Assembly: GCF_018350175.1 (NCBI RefSeq)
Contig: NC_058368.1
Coordinates: forward strand, 179,616,001-179,680,000
Reading direction: 5' to 3'
Source: Felis catus
Lineage: Eukaryota
Length of the DNA stretch: 64,000 nt
Below the pieces are notes generated by a model. The model was not told where the DNA came from. It saw only the letters and a program-made list of their open reading frames with translations, and ran no database searches. The stretch's first letter is position 1. Each line of letters starts with the position of its first letter. Shown one piece after another: positions 61,325 to 64,000 of the stretch. A program made the translations under genes and the position numbers.

Positions 61325-63886
61325 CTTTTATTTTAACCCATCAATCTCTGTCTTTAAATTGGTGTATTTGGGTCATTTACATTTAATGCAATTTTTTGTA
61401 ATTATTGGCTTGTTAAGTCTGCCATTTTATTTTCTGTTTTCTGTTTGTTCTTTTTTTTTCTTTTGTTTTCTTTTTCCTGCCTTATGGTGGGTTACATGAA
61501 CATTTTTTTAGAATTCCATTTTGATTCATCTGTAGTGTTCTGAATGTCTCTTTTTTGTATAGCATTTTTAGTTGTTCATCTAGGTATTACATTATATATA
61601 CTTAATTTATCACATTCTACTGGTGTTGACAATTTACCAGTTTGAGTGAAGTGTAGAAATCTTCCTAACCTCCATTTATATCCCTTTATCATCCCCAATT
61701 TATAATAATTGTTTTAAATATTTCTTCCGAATACACTGAGAAGCACAACAGACAGTGTTATAGTTTTTGCTTCGACCACCAAACATAATTTAGAAAACTT
61801 AAAAGGAAATAAAATTACCCATATTTTTTTACTCTTCCAATTGTTCTTTCTCTTTTTTTAATGTTCATTTTCTTTCTGTTTTGAGAATTTTCTTTAACCA
61901 TTCTTTCTTTGTAGGCTATATCTGCTAGTGACAAATTCTTAGTTTTATTTACTAAACTTTATTTACTAAAATTTATTTACTAGCCATTTACTAAATGGTT
62001 TCTGATGAGAAATTTGCTGTTATTTACATTATTTTTTCTCTAATAGGTAAGGGGTTGTTTCTCTCTCACTGCTTTCAAGATTTTTTTCTTTTGTCTTTAG
62101 TTTTCAGAAGTTTGACATATGTGTCTTGGCATAGATTTTTGTTTTGTATACCCTGGTTGAGTCTGCTCACATTTTTTTTTTCAACGTTTATTTATTTTTG
62201 GGACAGAGAGAGACAGAGCATGAACGGGGGAGGGGCAGAGAGAGAGGGAGACACAGAATCGGAAACAGGCTCCAGGCTCCGAGCCATCAGCCCAGAGCCT
62301 GACGCGGGGCTTGAACTCACGGACCGCGAGATCGTGACCTGGCTGAAGTCGGACGCTTAACCGACTGCGCCACCCAGGCGCCCCTGCTCACATTTTTGAA
62401 TATGTGGATTTATGCCTTTTTCCAAATTTGGGAAGTTTTCAGCCATTATTTCCTGAAGAACTTTTTCAGCTCTGCCATCTTTCTTTCCTTCTGGGTCTCC
62501 AATAACATGTTAGGTCTTTAAGGCTATGTCCATTTCTTTTCAGTCTATTTTCTCTCTGTTGTTGAGATTGGGTCATTTCTATTGTTTTATTCTCGAGCTT
62601 ATCAGTTCTTTCGTCTGTTCCCTCCATTTTGCAGTGGAGCCCATCCACTGAATTTATCATTTTGATGAGTTTATTTTTCAGTCCTAAAATTTCCATTTGG
62701 CTCTTCTTCTTTTATCTTCACTTCCTTGCTGAGAACTTCCAGTTTTTCATTTGTACCAGATATCTTCTTTGTTGCTCATGGAAGCATTTCTACTGTGGCT
62801 GCTTTAAAATCCATGCTAGTATTGGCATTTTTTATTGTCTTTTCTCATTTAAGTTGTGATTTTTCTTGTTCTTGGTGTGACAGGTGATTTTCAATTAAAA
62901 TTGAATACTTTGGGTATGTAATGGGACTCTGGATCTTATTTAAACCTTTTGCTTTAGCTGACATTTGCTTGGCTCCTGACTTTGCTCTGGTGGGGGAGGG
63001 GTTGGCATGGCCTTATTACTGCCAGGTGGGGGTAGGAATGCTGATTCACCACTTGGACTCCAGTGATACCTGGAAGAAAGGGCTCTGTGTTACAGCTGGG
63101 TGGGACTAGGAATCTTAGCTCCCCACTAAACTTCTGTTGATGCTATCTAGCTGGGAAGGCAAGAATACCCTATTACTGCTTCCCACATGGCCTTACCAAC
63201 ACCACAAGGGTAGAGGGTGTAGAAATGGCCTCATTACCACTGGGTATTGGTAAAAGTAGACTTTCCTCGAGACTCCTCTGATACCACTTCAATGGTTATT
63301 TCGTTGGGGAAAGCCACCATGTTACCTACCACCAGGTAAATCTAGAAGACCAAACTCCCCCCATGGTCTCCACTAATATTATGGAGAAAAATTTCTTTAC
63401 TACTCAGCAAGGATAACATGCCCTGATCTGAACAAGGACTTGGGGTAGTAATGAGGCTGATGAGGGTAGAGGTCTAGCTTCCCCACTCAGCCAGTGCTGG
63501 AGGAGGTGATGGCTACAGATTTTTCAGTGTGTTTGGTTGGAGTAAAGTCATTATCATCTGGAAGTTTCCTGTTTGGTAGGCTGCCTCTTTTCTACTCCTT
63601 AGACTAGGAAAGCAGGCTTTATTTGTTTGTGCCCATTGGCATGCTGGGGCTGCTGGCTTCACTAGCACTAGGTATGGGATACATGAAGCAGAAAGATAAC
63701 CCAGAGAACTCACCACAATCCTATTTCTTGAGTTCCAAGTGCCTGGCCAGACTACCTTCTTCTATCCATCTCTTAGAGTCTTCTGATACTTGTTTTATGT
63801 TATGTCCAGGGCTTTAAATTAAACTCAGTGGAAAGAATAAGGAAAAGTGTCTGTTATCTATTCCATCTTCCCAGAAGAGGATGTCC
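61325..63886 (-). mobile_element. Ancient L1 (L1MC/MD-like) 5' part: UTR, ORF1 relic, start of ORF2
   Basis: The ORF at 62466-62696(-), MEILGLKNKLIKMINSVDGLHCKMEGTDERTDKLENKTIE..., resembles the ORF1p coiled coil. T-rich + strand; L1-type 5' end near 63886. Confidence 0.8.
62177..62384 (-). mobile_element. Young felid CAN-SINE (SINEC_Fc-like)
   Basis: Near-consensus with CpGs intact; TSD tgctcacattttt at 62164-62176 and 62385-62397. Confidence 0.97.
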
Positions 63887-64000
63887 TGTAAATGGACTTT
63901 TCAACCATTTTATCAGGTATCTCAGTGGTTCTGACAGAGTAGACCTTTGATGATTTGGGCCATGGTTTGTTCATATATAAATCTACCTTTAAATCCCCTG

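Larger units (their letters stand above)
20219..64000 (+). other. SLIT3: SLIT3 intron downstream of the exon (partial, probably the very long intron 4)
   Basis: Starts with GTAAGT. The next expected exon (DLSENQIQGIPRKAF...) was not found in the window. Confidence 0.8.

Noticed and set aside
1..64000. miR-218-2 (SLIT3-hosted microRNA), CRISPR arrays, prokaryotic or viral operons, or a novel system
   Set aside because: I did not see the mature miR-218 sequence, which lies in a later intron. There are no regularly spaced repeat-spacer arrays or gene-dense or foreign-composition segments. Everything fits a felid intron.

Overview
This is mammalian genomic DNA, most likely from a cat-family species: it carries young felid-type CAN-SINEs and a felid-type L1 3' end. 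The window lies inside the SLIT3 gene on the + strand. It holds one 72-bp coding exon (20147-20218; [23 protein letters not shown], one leucine-rich repeat, probably exon 4), with about 20 kb of upstream and 44 kb of downstream intron. The rest is typical intron: 15 CAN-SINEs (most with readable target-site duplications, TSDs), a decayed ~7.5 kb full-length sense L1 with nested insertions, other L1 fragments, MaLR LTRs, L2/MIR relics, hAT DNA-transposon relics and microsatellites. A few repeat-free, motif-rich blocks may be enhancers. None of the ORFs in the supplied track looks like a real gene. I found no evidence of a novel biological system. The best leads are structural: a near-identical inverted SINE pair bracketing the frame-preserving exon, an L1-in-L1 inverted repeat, an L1 tail turned into a compound (AAG)/(CAG) repeat, and a 78-bp perfect (TG)n/(CA)n palindrome. 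Repeat family names come from recalled consensus sequences, not a database search, and the boundaries of old elements are approximate.
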